From Octopus sinensis (taxonomy: Eukaryota): a DNA stretch of 64,000 nt. The notes beneath the pieces are model-generated. The model was not told the DNA's origin. It did no database searches and saw only the letters and a program-made list of their open reading frames with translations. The position numbers and the translations under genes were made by a program. Below are positions 40,343-54,222 of this stretch, in pieces (within the stretch, counting starts at the first letter, position 1; every line of letters starts with the position of its first letter). The stretch covers positions 11,222,001-11,286,000 of the forward strand of contig NC_043004.1 in assembly GCF_006345805.1 (NCBI RefSeq), read 5' to 3'.

Positions 40343-40615
40343 GGTGCAATGGCCTAGTGGTTAGGGCAGCGGACTCGCGGTTGAAGGATCGTGGTTTCGA
40401 TTCCCAGACCGGGCGTTGAGTGTGTTTATTGAGCGAAAACACCTACAAGCCCACGAGGCTCCGGCAGGGGGTGGTGGCAACCACTGTTGTACTCTTTCGC
40501 CTCAACTTTCTTTCACACTTTCTTCCTGTTTCTTGAGTGACGCTGTGATGGACTGACGTCCCGTCCAGCTGGAGGAACACATACGCTACAGAAACCAAGA
40601 AACCGGGCCCATTAG
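40343..40615 (+). mobile_element. SINE family C head/body with a different 3' tail
   Basis: Matches 32168 up to TTCTTCCTGTTTCT, then diverges to ...GCTACAGAAACC..GAAACCGGGCCC. Confidence 0.8.
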
Positions 40616-40869
40616 CTCATATATATGCACATATATATGCATCTTTCCAACGCCGCTCTGAGCGCTACAACATCTGCCTGATGTTGAAAGTATTCCATTA
40701 GCATTGCCCAAATGTGGTTGGCATCCCCTTTAAGATACTCCCAAGTCTTGGACATCATTTCACATTGCTCTGCAATCATTTTGGCCTCTGACATGTGGCA
40801 CCCGTTGCACCTGTACAGGTAAATATGGACTTGATGGAGGGAGTGTGCTTATGTCTACACAACCATAAA

Positions 40870-41183
40870 TCATACTCGTATCACATAAAAATACCGCACA
40901 ATTATTTCACCTCAGTTTTCTCCTCCCTCTTTAACATTACACCAAAATACATTAAGGCAGAAACAGACCCCATAAAGTTCAAGAAGTCTTTGGACCAGAT
41001 CCTTCAAAAGATCCTGGTCAAACCTTCTAAACCGGTATATGTCTCCATAACAATAGGTCCCTCTTCGAGTGGGCCATGTTGTCCGATTCCTGATTTGAAT
41101 GTCTTTGCCAAGTGGTGCTATTAAGTTAGACATGCCCTTGGCCAATATTGGCCGATTCTGTCAGCGTATCAATGTATCAAAGT
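40870..41183 (+). mobile_element. 3' end of a second CR1-like LINE family
   Basis: LFNITPKYIKAETDPIKFKKSLDQILQKILVKP is homologous to the C-terminus of the 58149 element. The 3' UTR matches 63255-63360. Confidence 0.65.
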
Positions 41184-41184
41184 A

Positions 41185-41186
41185 TA

Positions 41187-41284
<98 letters not shown>

Positions 41285-41505
41285 TCATATATATATATAT
41301 AAACATGTATCTATGTATAATATTATATATGTATGTGTATATAATTTATATAATATATATATATGTGTATATGTATATATATATATGTATATACATAATA
41401 TATATATATATATATAATATATATATATTATATATATATATATATATATCGATACATATATTATATATGCACGTATACATACATACACAACATATATATA
41501 CATAC

Positions 41506-41536
<31 letters not shown>

Positions 41537-41580
41537 ATATTATATATATATATAGATATATATATTATATATATATATAC
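41185..41580. repeat. Long compound (AT)n microsatellite, representative of dozens in the window
   Basis: About 400 bp of interrupted AT dinucleotides. Confidence 0.95.
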
Positions 41581-42336
41581 ATGCATGTATTAAGCACGCT
41601 TGCGTTTAATTTTATCTTCAGTTTATTATACTAAAGATTCCTTATCTTCATCTTATTTTTGTTCTGGAACTATAGGCTTCCTAAATTCCTATTCGGTGAT
41701 TTCCTGACCTTCACAGTCTCATTATTAAGAATTAAATTTAAACTTATGGGGTGTCTGTGTTGTTTCTTATATACTGACTGCTTTTGTTTAGATTTTTTCG
41801 ACCGAAAACTGTTCGACTACTTGCACCATGCATCCATTGTCACGTGTTGACTCGCTTTCGTTTTGTCAAATTCTGATCGTTATTTTCTTTTTATGTCTGG
41901 AGTTCGAGTTAATTTACTGATGCTCGCATTTGCCTGATAATTTTGGCATTGTACTACGATATGAGTACTGTTTACGTGATTAATCTAATTTTGTTTTTGT
42001 GTGGAATGTTATAACGTATGTAAGTAATTTTTCTCTGTTATTTTCCCATCTTAATATTATATTGTGGTTATGGTGTAATGTTATGCAAAGGCCTCATGAT
42101 GCAAGTGAACGTGGTTTCTACGTAAGAGCAGTACTTGCACAGAGAATGATGGAAAAATTACTGCAGAATGATATTTATTGTCGTTTCCTTATCAGAATAT
42201 TCTCTCTCATCCCTAATATTAAGTCCAGGTGAGGGAGATTTCATACGTCTTATTGATGCCATATTTCCAAGGTCCAAATTATGAAGCCAATCCTTTGAAA
42301 GCTTGAGTTTCATACGCTGCAAGATGACGTGCGCAC

Positions 42337-42367
<31 letters not shown>

Positions 42368-42500
42368 AAAGCCCCACACAATCCACACAAACACGCACAC
42401 AAATACGCACACAACCCCCACACATAAACCCACTCACACAAACCCCCTTACAAAACCCATACACACAAACACATACACACACACAACACACACTCAAACA

Positions 42501-42600
42501 CACACGCAGAGCCGCCCACACACACGCAGAGCCGCCCACACACACGCAGAGCCGCCCACACACACGCAGAGCCGCCCACACACACGCAGAGCCGCCCACA
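42501..42600. repeat. Minisatellite, 5 x 20 bp CACACGCAGAGCCGCCCACA
   Basis: Five identical units inside a degenerate (CA)n tract. Confidence 0.95.
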
Positions 42601-43098
42601 CATACATGAACACTCATACGCGAGTATATATATTTATGGGCCTCGCTGCGATTTCATGCTCATCGATATACGCATGAAATTAATTGATATTGGGGTATGT
42701 AAACTACCTTCAAAAACCATCCTGAATGTACACCCATTTTGAAAAATATTCATTGCATTGCTCATGTGTGTATTTATAGTAGTATTGGTGGCTTTCGCTT
42801 TCATCTTTGGCAAGTGGTATTTTAACCCCTCTTTTATTCAAATATATATATGTGTGTGTGTGCATGTGTGTGTGTGCGTGTGTGCGTGCGTGTGTGTGTA
42901 CACGCACACATTTATATTTCTCGAGCGGCCTTAGCCCAACAGCCATTAGGGTTTGAAGAAACGCTGTAAAACTAAACGCTTTATCGATGTGAAACACTGG
43001 GTAACCACTTAAACTGGCGATAACTATTTTTTCTATATACTCTACTGCTCTGTAATACAGAGTGTGCTTCTACTCCAGATTTGTGATTTACTGACGGC

Positions 43099-43178
<80 letters not shown>

Positions 43179-43184
43179 GTCTAT

Positions 43185-43237
<53 letters not shown>

Positions 43238-43320
43238 TATTCTATCTATCTATATATATATATATATTATAATATATATATATATTCCGAATTTGTGTAA
43301 ATGTGGATAGAATAATATCT

Positions 43321-44179
43321 GTTGAATAAAGTTACAGCATGGTCTGGCTCTCACGTTCTTTATTATTCTATTTAAAAAATGTTTTCAATGTTGAAGTGTG
43401 TTAAATATTAAAAAATATTTTGTAATGTTCATTAAGTTCAATTTGCGCTTTCATACTCTCGTAGTAATCATCAGAATTCAAAATGTATTCAACTGACAGT
43501 TGAGCTCTTGAAAACTGTATTAAAATAACTGCCTTCTTCCTTGTTATACATTTTAAAAGGCTCCAAGAGACTGAATTTTTGGAATATGATTTTGACTAGT
43601 CAGCATAGATCTCGCCAATATTTTAGCCAATTAGAACAAAAAATGAAGAAATTTTCACAAATGTAGCTATGAACTGTAAAGCAGAGATACTCTGATCTTT
43701 CATTAAACTCTAATTGCGAGGAACTATATATTGGCGGGACAGAGGGTGCATTATCGGAACGCTCACGAGTCCACACACAACAAATCGGGAACAGTAATGG
43801 TCACCAAATTCCATTGAGCGAACATATAGAAACATATGATCAGAAGATGTTTCAAAATTTCTCTTTCCACTAACTACATGACACAAGTGAGGTTGGAAGA
43901 AAGATAAAAGAAAAACGTTTTATTAAAATATTCAAACCTGTTCTGAACGGCAAGTAACAATAATAATATTACAGCCAGTTAATGATGGGGATTAAAAATA
44001 TCTTTAACATATGAATATAGACAAATTACAGAAGACTCCCACCGATTGAAATAAAAACGACCGAAATCACTTACCTTCGCTCACTCATGAGGCCATTACA
44101 TGTAAACTCCAAGTTAATTGGTTTTAAATTACAATAATAAAAGACGTGAAAACCAGAGCATGCTGTAACTTTATTCAAC
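43321..44179 (+). mobile_element. Penelope-like element 3' fragment: GIY-YIG endonuclease remnant with inverted terminal copy
   Basis: 43712-43957 reads NCEELYIGGTEGALSERSRVHTQQIG...QIPLSEHI...F.FH*...RKIKEKRFIKIFKPVLN. 43321-43367 is an inverted copy of 44133-44179. Confidence 0.85.
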
Positions 44180-44218
44180 TGTGTGTGGGGTGCGGGTGCG
44201 TATGTATATACACATATG

Positions 44219-44255
<37 letters not shown>

Positions 44256-44483
44256 ATATATATAATATTATATATATTATATATGTATACACTCAAAATA
44301 AGCAACAAGGATATCCAAAGTAGTGTAGTACAATCGTTTGATGGTACTTCCTTTTATTAAACACTGCAAGTATTACATCAGTTTTAAAATGTCGAGCAAT
44401 CTTGCTACATATAGAATTTTTGCTTAAACGGACAATGCACATTTTTATACTTATTGCATTTGTTAAATTATATATTTATATAT

Positions 44484-44550
<67 letters not shown>

Positions 44551-45027
44551 ATATATGTATATGTGCATGAATACGTACGTATATACATACATGGATACAT
44601 ACATGGAATTAGTAATCAACATATAGGTTGATAAATGCTATCATTCCTCGATCATTTCGATTTCATTTTATTTATTGTTTTAAGCTTATTTTATTCTTTA
44701 TCCCAAGCATTATTCTAATCAATCTGTGACCCCTTCACTCGAGCAAATAATAGTACTAATCAAAGACCGCAAAATGTAGTCTGCTGAAGTGAACTGATAG
44801 GTCCACATATAACATTCCAAGGCGTATCTTTTTTTTCTCTGATGAAATTATGCTCATGTCACACAAATCCAAATTTAATGTACAAATTTGTAATTAAATT
44901 TTTGAGTTTTCATTGAAACGGTTGTAAGAAGCGAAGATGACAAATTCGTTAATATTAGATAATTGTTAACTCCCATATCCCCATATTAATTTTTTCGTTT
45001 CTTATTTTAACTGTGTCACTGTCCTGT

Positions 45028-45127
45028 NNNNNNNNNNNNNNNNNNNNNNNNNNNNNNNNNNNNNNNNNNNNNNNNNNNNNNNNNNNNNNNNNNNNNNNNN
45101 NNNNNNNNNNNNNNNNNNNNNNNNNNN
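45028..45127. other. Assembly gap (100 N)
   Basis: Run of N; contiguity across it is not guaranteed. Confidence 1.
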
Positions 45128-45822
45128 AGAATTATATAAATTATTCTGACGTTGCTTCTCTCCTCCTTTTTTCTTAACAGAAAGACAAAAATTACTGCTT
45201 TAGTAATGATTATATTTTTGTTTCTATTTGTTTTCATATTTTTTGGTATCTAATATATTTTTCTCTTTTTGTTTTTTACCTTTTGTGTTCGTCACCTCTT
45301 GCTGACACCATTGCTTCCATTCTCGTAACTTCGAAATAAATGTTTTCTAAGGAAACCATAAAGCCAGTATCATAATGAGGAATACGATAGTGAACACGCA
45401 TATTCACACTTACCGATACATCTCTTCAGAACTATAAGCACACGCAGACACGCACAAAGTCATAAATACACACAAGTATTCACACACCGTATGACAACTG
45501 AATGCATAAACGAGCAATCAAGTAAAGAAACACAGTGTTAGTGACCGGAAAAGAACAAAATATTTGCATACAAAATCACACAAAGGATTTTATGTACGTG
45601 CATCGTTCTCAAAACAGAACCAATGAAACAATGACCTTCAGCCGCAAAAACAGAGGTATTATTGTAGAATGAAGTGAACGCAGGCAAATAAAAGGTAAGA
45701 CTGTAAAATAAGCAAAGGGAAACAACCGAAATAGGTCAATGGCATGCATTTGATATACTAAATTGCATGCGTAAAATTGTTAATTAAAATATGTCTCTTA
45801 GAGAAGTGATAGGAAACGAATA

Positions 45823-46085
45823 CAGTAATCCCTCGCCATATTGCGGTTCACCTATCGCGGTTCACCTATCGCGGTTCACATATCGCGGTTCACATATCGC
45901 GGTTTATTATTTAAGCTTACGTCGATTCCTTCGTATGTGTTGTTTTTCATTTATGACATAATGAATATATGCTAATTATGAAAAATAATAAAAAAATAAA
46001 TATACAGTACTGTTTCGACTTCGCGTATTTTCGCCTATCGCGTGGGGTTTGGAACGTAACACCCGCGATAGTCGAAAGATTACTG
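45823..46085. mobile_element. pogo/Tigger-like MITE with an internal 14-bp tandem repeat
   Basis: TA|CAGTAATCCCTCG...CGAAAGATTACTG|TA. Unit TATCGCGGTTCACM occurs about 4.5 times at 45839-45903. Confidence 0.85.
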
Positions 46086-46494
46086 TATTTAGCAGCAAAT
46101 GAACAGGCGCAATAGTTGCCCGAACACAATCACTCATATGCGGCCTTATGAAAGCAGATACATACAAGCACAGAATTTTTCGTGATGAACTCATGCAATC
46201 AACACACACACACACACACACACACGTATACACACACACACACACTGATAATTACATACAGGTAAACAAACGTACAATTTGTAAAGCAAATGAAAGTGAC
46301 TCGATATTGTTGTTCGATTTGTGAGAGTTGGTAACTCAGTCGCAGTGAAATCACTTCAAACAGGAAATGTCGTATTAATAATGCACTCCTAAATTCCATT
46401 AACGTGACCAGCTGGTTACGGTTAAAACGTCTTTGATCATAAGTCTACACATTTGGAATGGATCTGTTGCTAAATACCAAGACACAACACAACA

Positions 46495-46567
<73 letters not shown>

Positions 46568-46634
46568 TACACAATAGAAAGCATTAGAAATTTTTCTGAT
46601 ATCTACAATAATCAATACTTTAATGTTTGTGTGT

Positions 46635-46699
<65 letters not shown>

Positions 46700-47140
46700 T
46701 ATATATATATACCAATTCTAGCTTAAATAAATTATGACGCAATAATACAGATAAATACCTCTGGATATCCTTGTGCTTATTCTGGTTATATATATATAAG
46801 GTGAAAATTATTCGGTATATTTACAGATACATTCCTATATTTACATAAGATCCAGGTCTCTTTCATTCTGCAGGTCTTCCATAAACAAGTTTGCCCCGAC
46901 TTGTGCCGTGGAGAGGAGCTTTCTAGATGCATGATCGAAGCGAGTCACTACCCGTTATCCTATATAGACAGGATTCTTTCAGTTTCTGTCTAACAAATCC
47001 ACTAACAAGGCTATGGTCGACCCGACGATATAGTAAAAGACAGTCGCCAAGATCCCACGCAGTGGGGTTGAAACTGGAAACATGTTGTAAGGAAACAAGC
47101 TTCTCACCACACAGCAACGCCCAAATATATATATATATAT

Positions 47141-47252
<112 letters not shown>

Positions 47253-49237
47253 TAGATATGGCTTTAGGCAAAAAAAATATAGGAGGATGACTTAATTAGG
47301 ATTTTATCCATCATATTCTTCCCCCTTTCAGATTCACACATTTACTCAGTTTTTCTAAGTCCTTTAAAAGAACTCTGAAGTTTGGGCCTCCAATCAAGCC
47401 TTCCTCAAAGCCAGGAACTTTTCCGCACCCCTTTTTTTTATATAACTTCGTATATAACCATGATCATTCTAATGTAGGTACTAAATCCTACAACTTTGAG
47501 GAAACGTAATTGATGATTACAACCCTAATCCAAAGTCGTCGTCACCATAAGCACTACAATGAATTGCACAAACAGATGGAGACCCAATAAATTTGAAACA
47601 CATGACCCCAAGGAAAAGGATATCTATAATTTCAGAGCTTTTAAATTCGAACATTGAACGTTTCTGCTACTTGTTTGTTTCTTCTCCTCCCTCAAAATTC
47701 TATCATCAACTTGATAGAAGTAAAATGTGATGGCACTATCGTCCAATTCTTCGGACATTATCCACTGTCTTTATATTCTAAGACGAGATTAGAATCAGAT
47801 TAGACTGGTATTATTAGCATGCAACGCTATCCTGATTCGAAGTTGTCCCTTTGTTGATGGGGATTCATTGCTGGTAACTGAATTATGACGATACCTGTAA
47901 TGACATCATCATTATGTCACAGTTAAGCTGTTCAGCAAAAGCTGACATAGTTTCTCCTTCTCAGACAGTATTGTTACTTCTATACCATGTCAAATCGATC
48001 ATAATTTTAACTAGAATCATTTTATATTAAAGCCACCTAAAACAGAAAATTCTACTGTGCAGCAGGACGAAACCATAAAATTCAGATGAAAGAGCTCAAA
48101 TGTCGGTTAGATTGTGAACATTCCTGTTTTTCTGTTGCTCGCTTTGTTATTCGTTAACCAAAGTTATACTTCGACCCGACACACCTGTGATAGAAGATGT
48201 CCTATACATGATACCACATATGTTTCTTCATATATAAAGTACCTGGGACGATATGCTTAGTGTGACTATTTTTGTGACAACAGGTTTTAATTTGAAGTGG
48301 TGTCACTGAAGGTCTGTAGCTAATATTTTAAACTATTATTTATTCCACTTTTTGGAACGTTCATACGGCCACTCAATGAAGATGACTATACACTGCCATT
48401 TGATTAGTATTGAAACTACAGTCATTGGGTTTGTATACGCATTAACAATTTGGCACACCCTCCTCTGGTACACATGGGCACCGAAAGAAGCTCGCTGTAT
48501 ATTCGCTACGCTTCTATGCTTGACAGAGTAAAAACTGCAGTTTCCCTGATATTACACTCGTCAAATTATTTTTAAAATATAATTTCCAGATTTGTGTTCT
48601 ACTTGAAGTGTGAATATGTTAAGAGCACATCATCTATAAAAAAATACTAAAAGAGAGACCTCAGAATGGGTGTATTCTGAATGCATTTCATTTTAACTCT
48701 GCGCAAAAAGAGTTGAAATGGTGCAAAACAACTACAGCTATAACGTTGACATCATCAACAGCAGCAACAATTACAATGACAAACCATGTCCTTAACTAAT
48801 AAAAAGCAACTTGTCGAGATACTGGAGGAGGAGGCGGAGAGAAAGTGTTTGAAAAAGAGAGGCAGAAAGCGAGAGAGAGAGAATGAAGGAGAGAGATGAG
48901 CGACAAACTGGCAAACATAAAGTAACAGAGGAAGGGGTGAGAGAGACAATAAGAGAGAACTTGAGAATACTTGAAATGTCTTTAGTATACGAGATATTTC
49001 CTTTCTGATTATTACTCCACCATAACTGTGACAGGAAGACGGCGAATTGGCTGAACCGTTATGGCAGCTGTTAAAATGTCGCGCCGTATTTGTTCCAATA
49101 TTTTTTTTTATTCCTGCTTTTTCTAGCATGTCAAAAACTACAGTGTACACACAGGATTTCCTCGTTAGTAGTGACTGGTAGTTGGTAACTTGCTTATAAC
49201 GTCATTTCCAGCTTCATTATTGCGTAACAGTATTTGT

Positions 49238-49866
49238 GGCGAGCTGGCAGAAAAGCTAGCACGCCGGGCGAAATGCTTAGCAGTATTTCGTTCTGAGTTC
49301 AAATACCACTGAGGTCGACTTTGCCTTTCATCCTTTCGGGGTCGATTAAATAAGTACCTATTTCTTTATTACCCACAAGGGGCTAAATACAGAGGGGACG
49401 AACAAGGACAGACATAGGTATTAAGTCGATTACATCGACCCCAGTGCTTAACTGGTACTTAATTTATCGACCCCGAAAGGATGAAAGGCAAAGTCGACCT
49501 CGGCGGAATTTGAACTCACAACGTAACGCAGACGAAATACCGCTAAGCATTTCGCCCGGCGTGCTAACGTTTCTGCCAGCTCGCCGCCTTTTTAAATAAG
49601 TACCAGTTACGCACTGGGGTCGATATAGTCGACTTAATCCGTTTGTCTGTCCTTGTTTGTCCTCTCTGTATTTAGCTCCTTGTGGGTAGTAAAGAAATAG
49701 GTATTTAGGCAGTCTTTACTTTCTGAGTTCAAATTCTGCCGAGGTCGACTTTGCTTTTCATCTTTTCGGGGTCGATAAATTAAGTACAAGTTGCGCACTG
49801 GAGTAAATCTAATAGACTGCTCCCGTCCCATCACATTTCAGGCCTTGTGTCTATAGTAGAAAGGAT
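49238..49866 (+). mobile_element. Dimeric SINE family A with a nested full-length inverted family A copy
   Basis: Outer TSD TTATTGCGTAACAGT (49217, 49867). Inner copy 49359-49588 (-) has TSD TTAAATAAGTACC (49346, 49592). Confidence 0.92.
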
Positions 49867-50384
49867 TTATTGCGTAACAGTTACGTAGTATTTGCCAATT
49901 TCAAATACGATTGTTAATTCTATGTCTTGCTGTATATTTCGTTCAACTTTTGAATCGTTCACAATTTCAACAAAACCTCTTCGAAACTGAAAGATCTAAA
50001 AATATTTTTTAAATTAGCATCTGGGTGGAAGGAAAGGAGCGAAATTCTGCTCAGAGAGCCTTAATGTTGTTTTCATTCATAGCCATTTTAAATGTTATAT
50101 TATTATTATAGCTATTTTAAATGTTATATCATTATTATTATTATCTAATATATATAAATTATTTTTCATAATATTGCTGTTACTTAACGCCAGCAATATT
50201 TGAGACTAGGTAAGGTTTATTACAAAAAAATTAGAGCGCAACTTCTATATATTTTGTCGACGATAAAAGGATTTTAAGACAAACTCGGCGGCATTTGCAC
50301 TCAGTAAATAGGCCGAAAGAAATGCTATTATGCAATTTGTTCGGCACGATAATGATTTTGTCGACTCTCCAAAATGATATTAAT

Positions 50385-50570
50385 TTCTATTTTAAGCACA
50401 AGGCCTGAAATTTCAGATCGACCCCAGTACGTAATTGGTACATGATTTATCGATCCCGAAATTATGAAAGGTAAAGTCTACCTCGGCGGAATTTGAACTC
50501 AAATCGTAGCGGCAGAGGAAATACCGCTAAGCATTTCGCCCGGCGTGCTAACGTTTCTGCCAGCTCGCTA
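50385..50570 (-). mobile_element. SINE family A
   Basis: Head GCGAGCTGGCAGAAACGTTAGCACGCCGGGCG on the minus strand. Confidence 0.85.
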
Positions 50571-51008
50571 TCTTCCAATAGTAAGATATTAATATTATTG
50601 CTGTCATTATAGATTATGTATAAAATTTGAAATAACCGCATCCCTTGAGTTCAAATCCTGATCTATCTTCAATTTATCCCCGATCGAGTAGATTATAAAT
50701 AATGTATTATAAATAATAATAAGAAAAGGTTGTAAAAGCAGCGACGGTGCTGGTTGATGTGGTAGTGGAAGTAAGGGTGGCTGTAGAGGTTGTAAAGATA
50801 GGGGTAGCTGCGAAGGTGCTGATAGTTGTCGTGGGAACAGCGGTGACAACGTTGATGATGGTGGTTGTAGTGTTGATGACATGACATTGAATATAAGGTT
50901 TTTAAGATCGATTTTCAAATCCAGTCGACAATGGTGATGTGAGTCATTAAAATGTAGACGCATTTCTTGCGATGGTACTACCATCATCATGTTGGCTTGC
51001 GTAACCGT

Positions 51009-51397
51009 ACTCTTTAAAACAATATCGATCCATATGTTCTACGTGGATACGAGTCGAAGCAGAAACCGCTAGATATTCCCTTCGACTTGCTACAAATAGC
51101 AGGCAATTTTCCCCCGAACGATTTCCTTTGATTTAGACCCAAGTCTCTTAAAATCCCAAGATATCTCACGTTCGGAGCATAGCTCGGTTTTATGGAATAT
51201 CATCGCACTCTTTAAAACAATATCGATCCATATTTTCTAGGTGGATATGAATCGAAGCAGAAACAACTAGATATTCCCTTCGACTTGCTACAAATAGCAG
51301 GCAATTTTTCCCCGAACGATTTCCTTTGATTTAGACCCAAGTCTCTTAAAATCTCAAGATATCTCACGTTCGGAGCATAGCTCGGTTTTATAGAATA
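51009..51397. repeat. Tandem duplication, period 198 bp
   Basis: Two copies (51009-51200 and 51207-51397) with a handful of substitutions. Confidence 0.95.
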
Positions 51398-54082
51398 TAT
51401 GTGAGGGTAATTATCACTTCCCTCTGAACTGAACGCCAGTCCGTTGCAGGATTGATTCATTAGCTGTTGTTGGAACTCAGTTACTGTTGAAAGACCGGAG
51501 CAACGTAAAATGGATTATTCTGCATGAGTAAACAACACACGATCGGGAACGTAACCCCCTAACCAATGGTCGCAAGTTGATGTAACTTGTGTCATTCTAG
51601 ATACGCAGCTGCAATTGCGTTTTTGATGGCATTTCATAAGTTATCCTGCATTCACACAAAAGATGTGTGTGGATTAGGCTGTGTTGTGTAGGATATGCGA
51701 ACTGCACTAGGTGGCCAAAAACCAAGCTACATTACTGTAGAATATAAAAAACATATGCATAAACATATTGGTAATTATCATCGATTGCGGATCATCATTA
51801 TTCAGCTCTTTTCGTGCCGACGCACTGGTTGCATAACACTTCATTGACGTCAAATAGGTGCTACTTGTGTCATTATTTTTTCCTTGAAAGTCGAAGGAAC
51901 GACTTTAATCTTACCAAATTGTTTTTAAAATTAGTATTGACTGATCATAGATGGCGCTACTAATGCCTTTTGGAGCTAATGGAGCATTATAACTTCTAGG
52001 AAGAGAGAGACTTGTTTGCAAATTCAGTGACGCTATTTTCAAAACTCATTGCCATTTAGTAACTCAAATGAACCACAGCACAAATGTGGTTAATTCTGGT
52101 ATTTTGTTATCAAAAAGCAGTATTAACCAATTATAGATATGGCAATTATAGATACGACTTCTAGCAAGAGAAAACTGGTCGCAGACGTAGTAATGCTCTT
52201 TTTCAGGACTCGTTACCGTTATCTTAAAAGAGCCATAGTACAAATGTTTTCACATAAAAGGTTGATAACATCATCAATAACTACATGAATTTCCTATTCA
52301 GTTCCATTACACGTTGACAAATTGTCTTCCAGGCTCCTCAACATATATGCACTCTACGTATATTTTTCCCGTCATATCTAAATATGAACATTAAAGCAAT
52401 GTTCCTCGTACACAAAAGTAAAAATTTTAAAAAATGGGCATCAACAATTTGCCAAACATTCATAGCGTATCATGTTATCATGCTTCAAATTTTCTTGCAA
52501 GTTTATGGACAAATTTAAATTATGAATTTTACTTCTATATTTTCATGGAAATAATTTTCCCACTCTTCGTTGACCCAGTAAGGTTATAATTGTTTCTTAG
52601 TAAGTGTTATTAAAACCCATGTGTATTCACTTGCAAATTCGGTTTTCCTCATAAATGTGTACATTAACCATAGTCGTAAAAAGCTGAGCTTGTCTCCTAT
52701 GACGAAACACAACGGCTATCAGCATATCCACGCTCAACTTATTAAGTATAAATATGTAAGCTATAATCTTGATTCGTGATTTTCACCGCGCATAGAATAA
52801 TGTATTATCGGATGACAGATTTCAGCACGGATCAGTAAAGTTTTGTACACGTAAGTTATAAATATAACCATCGGCTCTTGTGAGATTCATAGATCTGGAT
52901 GTTCCCGACTGATGAGACACAACAATGTAGAAATACTGGCTACTCCAGAATCTCTTGTACGGAGTAGGCGCGTGGCTTAGTGGTTATGGTGTTTAACTCA
53001 TGATCGTAAGATTGTGGGTTAGAACCTGAACCGGTCACGCGTTGCGTTCTTGAGCAAAAAACTTCATATAAAAAGTGTGATCCTGCGACGGATCGGCTTC
53101 CCGTCTAGGGGGAGAATATCTACACCATGGACACATTGAAAGCGACTCGAGAAAGAGGGAAGAATCCCTTGTACTAATGAATAGAGGGTGCTATCAGCAT
53201 ATATTCGTCGTAAGGAACAAATTATTCTTGTGGCTAGACCTAACAGTGATTAGCATATTTACGGTCGAATTCTCTCAGAACATATTAAATAAAAACATGG
53301 AAGCCATCGTCTTTCATAGATAATTTCTGAAATTATTAAAAGTCGTGCATGAAAATAAGTTGTATTGCCTTTGGTCAGACAAAGATGACATTGCAAAAAA
53401 ATTATACTGAAATGAGACAGAATCGTTTCGGCTGGAATAATTTCATGATAGTTATGTGCTACCAAATCTATCCTTGAGTTTATACTGCAACATAAATCTC
53501 GATGACGCGAATGAATGAAGTTGAGACTGACTCACTTATAGATGCTACTCACCAATAGTTCGCTATGATCAAAACTATTTCTCATGAAAGGTATCGATTC
53601 GAACCGCTGATTTATAAATTCCCATTGTGATCATAATATTGTATTATTGTTAATTCTGCTGACACTGTTATTTGTTATTTCTGTTATCAAATGTTTATAG
53701 TGAGAAACAGTAACTGAAGTTCTCACAGTGGTTGTAGATTCGGTGGTTGTATTGATAATGGAGTTAAGATATAACAATTACGTTCGTGGCCATTTAACTG
53801 CAGCTGTTACAACACCATTAGCGGAATTGTTGGCAATACAAGAGATAGTTGTCTATGTGGGAAAATTAGGGGAAAGAAAGGCAGTGAAAATGGAGTGGAT
53901 ATGACAGTGTAGTGTGGTTTGGCATGGGGGAAGGGCTTTTTTAACGGTATTAATGGAGTTAATGTTGCTAATATATGATAGCAGCTCCCGGCTATGTTAA
54001 AGAAGTTGAATGACGGCTGTGTTAAAGAAGTTGAATGAGCGACGGAAGACAGTTACACAACAATGAACAAAAGGCACGCGTA

Positions 54083-54198
54083 CGAGAGGTGTATGAAAAG
54101 TCTTGAACCGCAAAAAAATCAAAACCCGGTACAAAGCTTCTGATAAAGGTACAAAACTTAAAGGCCTTGAAGGCTCAAAACTTTTCATAAACTCCTCG
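54083..54198. mobile_element. Short mariner-type MITE
   Basis: TA|CGAGAGGTGTATGAAAAGTCTTGA ... TCAAAACTTTTCATAAACTCCTCG|TA. Confidence 0.7.
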
Positions 54199-54222
54199 TA
54201 TAAACAGATAAATCTATCTATA

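Noticed and set aside
42501-42600. Regular 20-bp repeats as a possible CRISPR-like array
   Set aside because: Units are contiguous with no spacers, in eukaryotic DNA; this is a minisatellite.
48990-49160. Possible exon or enhancer (CCATAAC/GTTATGG, TGACAG, CAGCTG motifs)
   Set aside because: Short motifs occur by chance; there is no recognisable protein or supported splice structure without conservation data.
52900-52960. CTGATGA-GACA..TGTA-GAAA hammerhead-like motif
   Set aside because: No convincing helix I or palindromic helix III.
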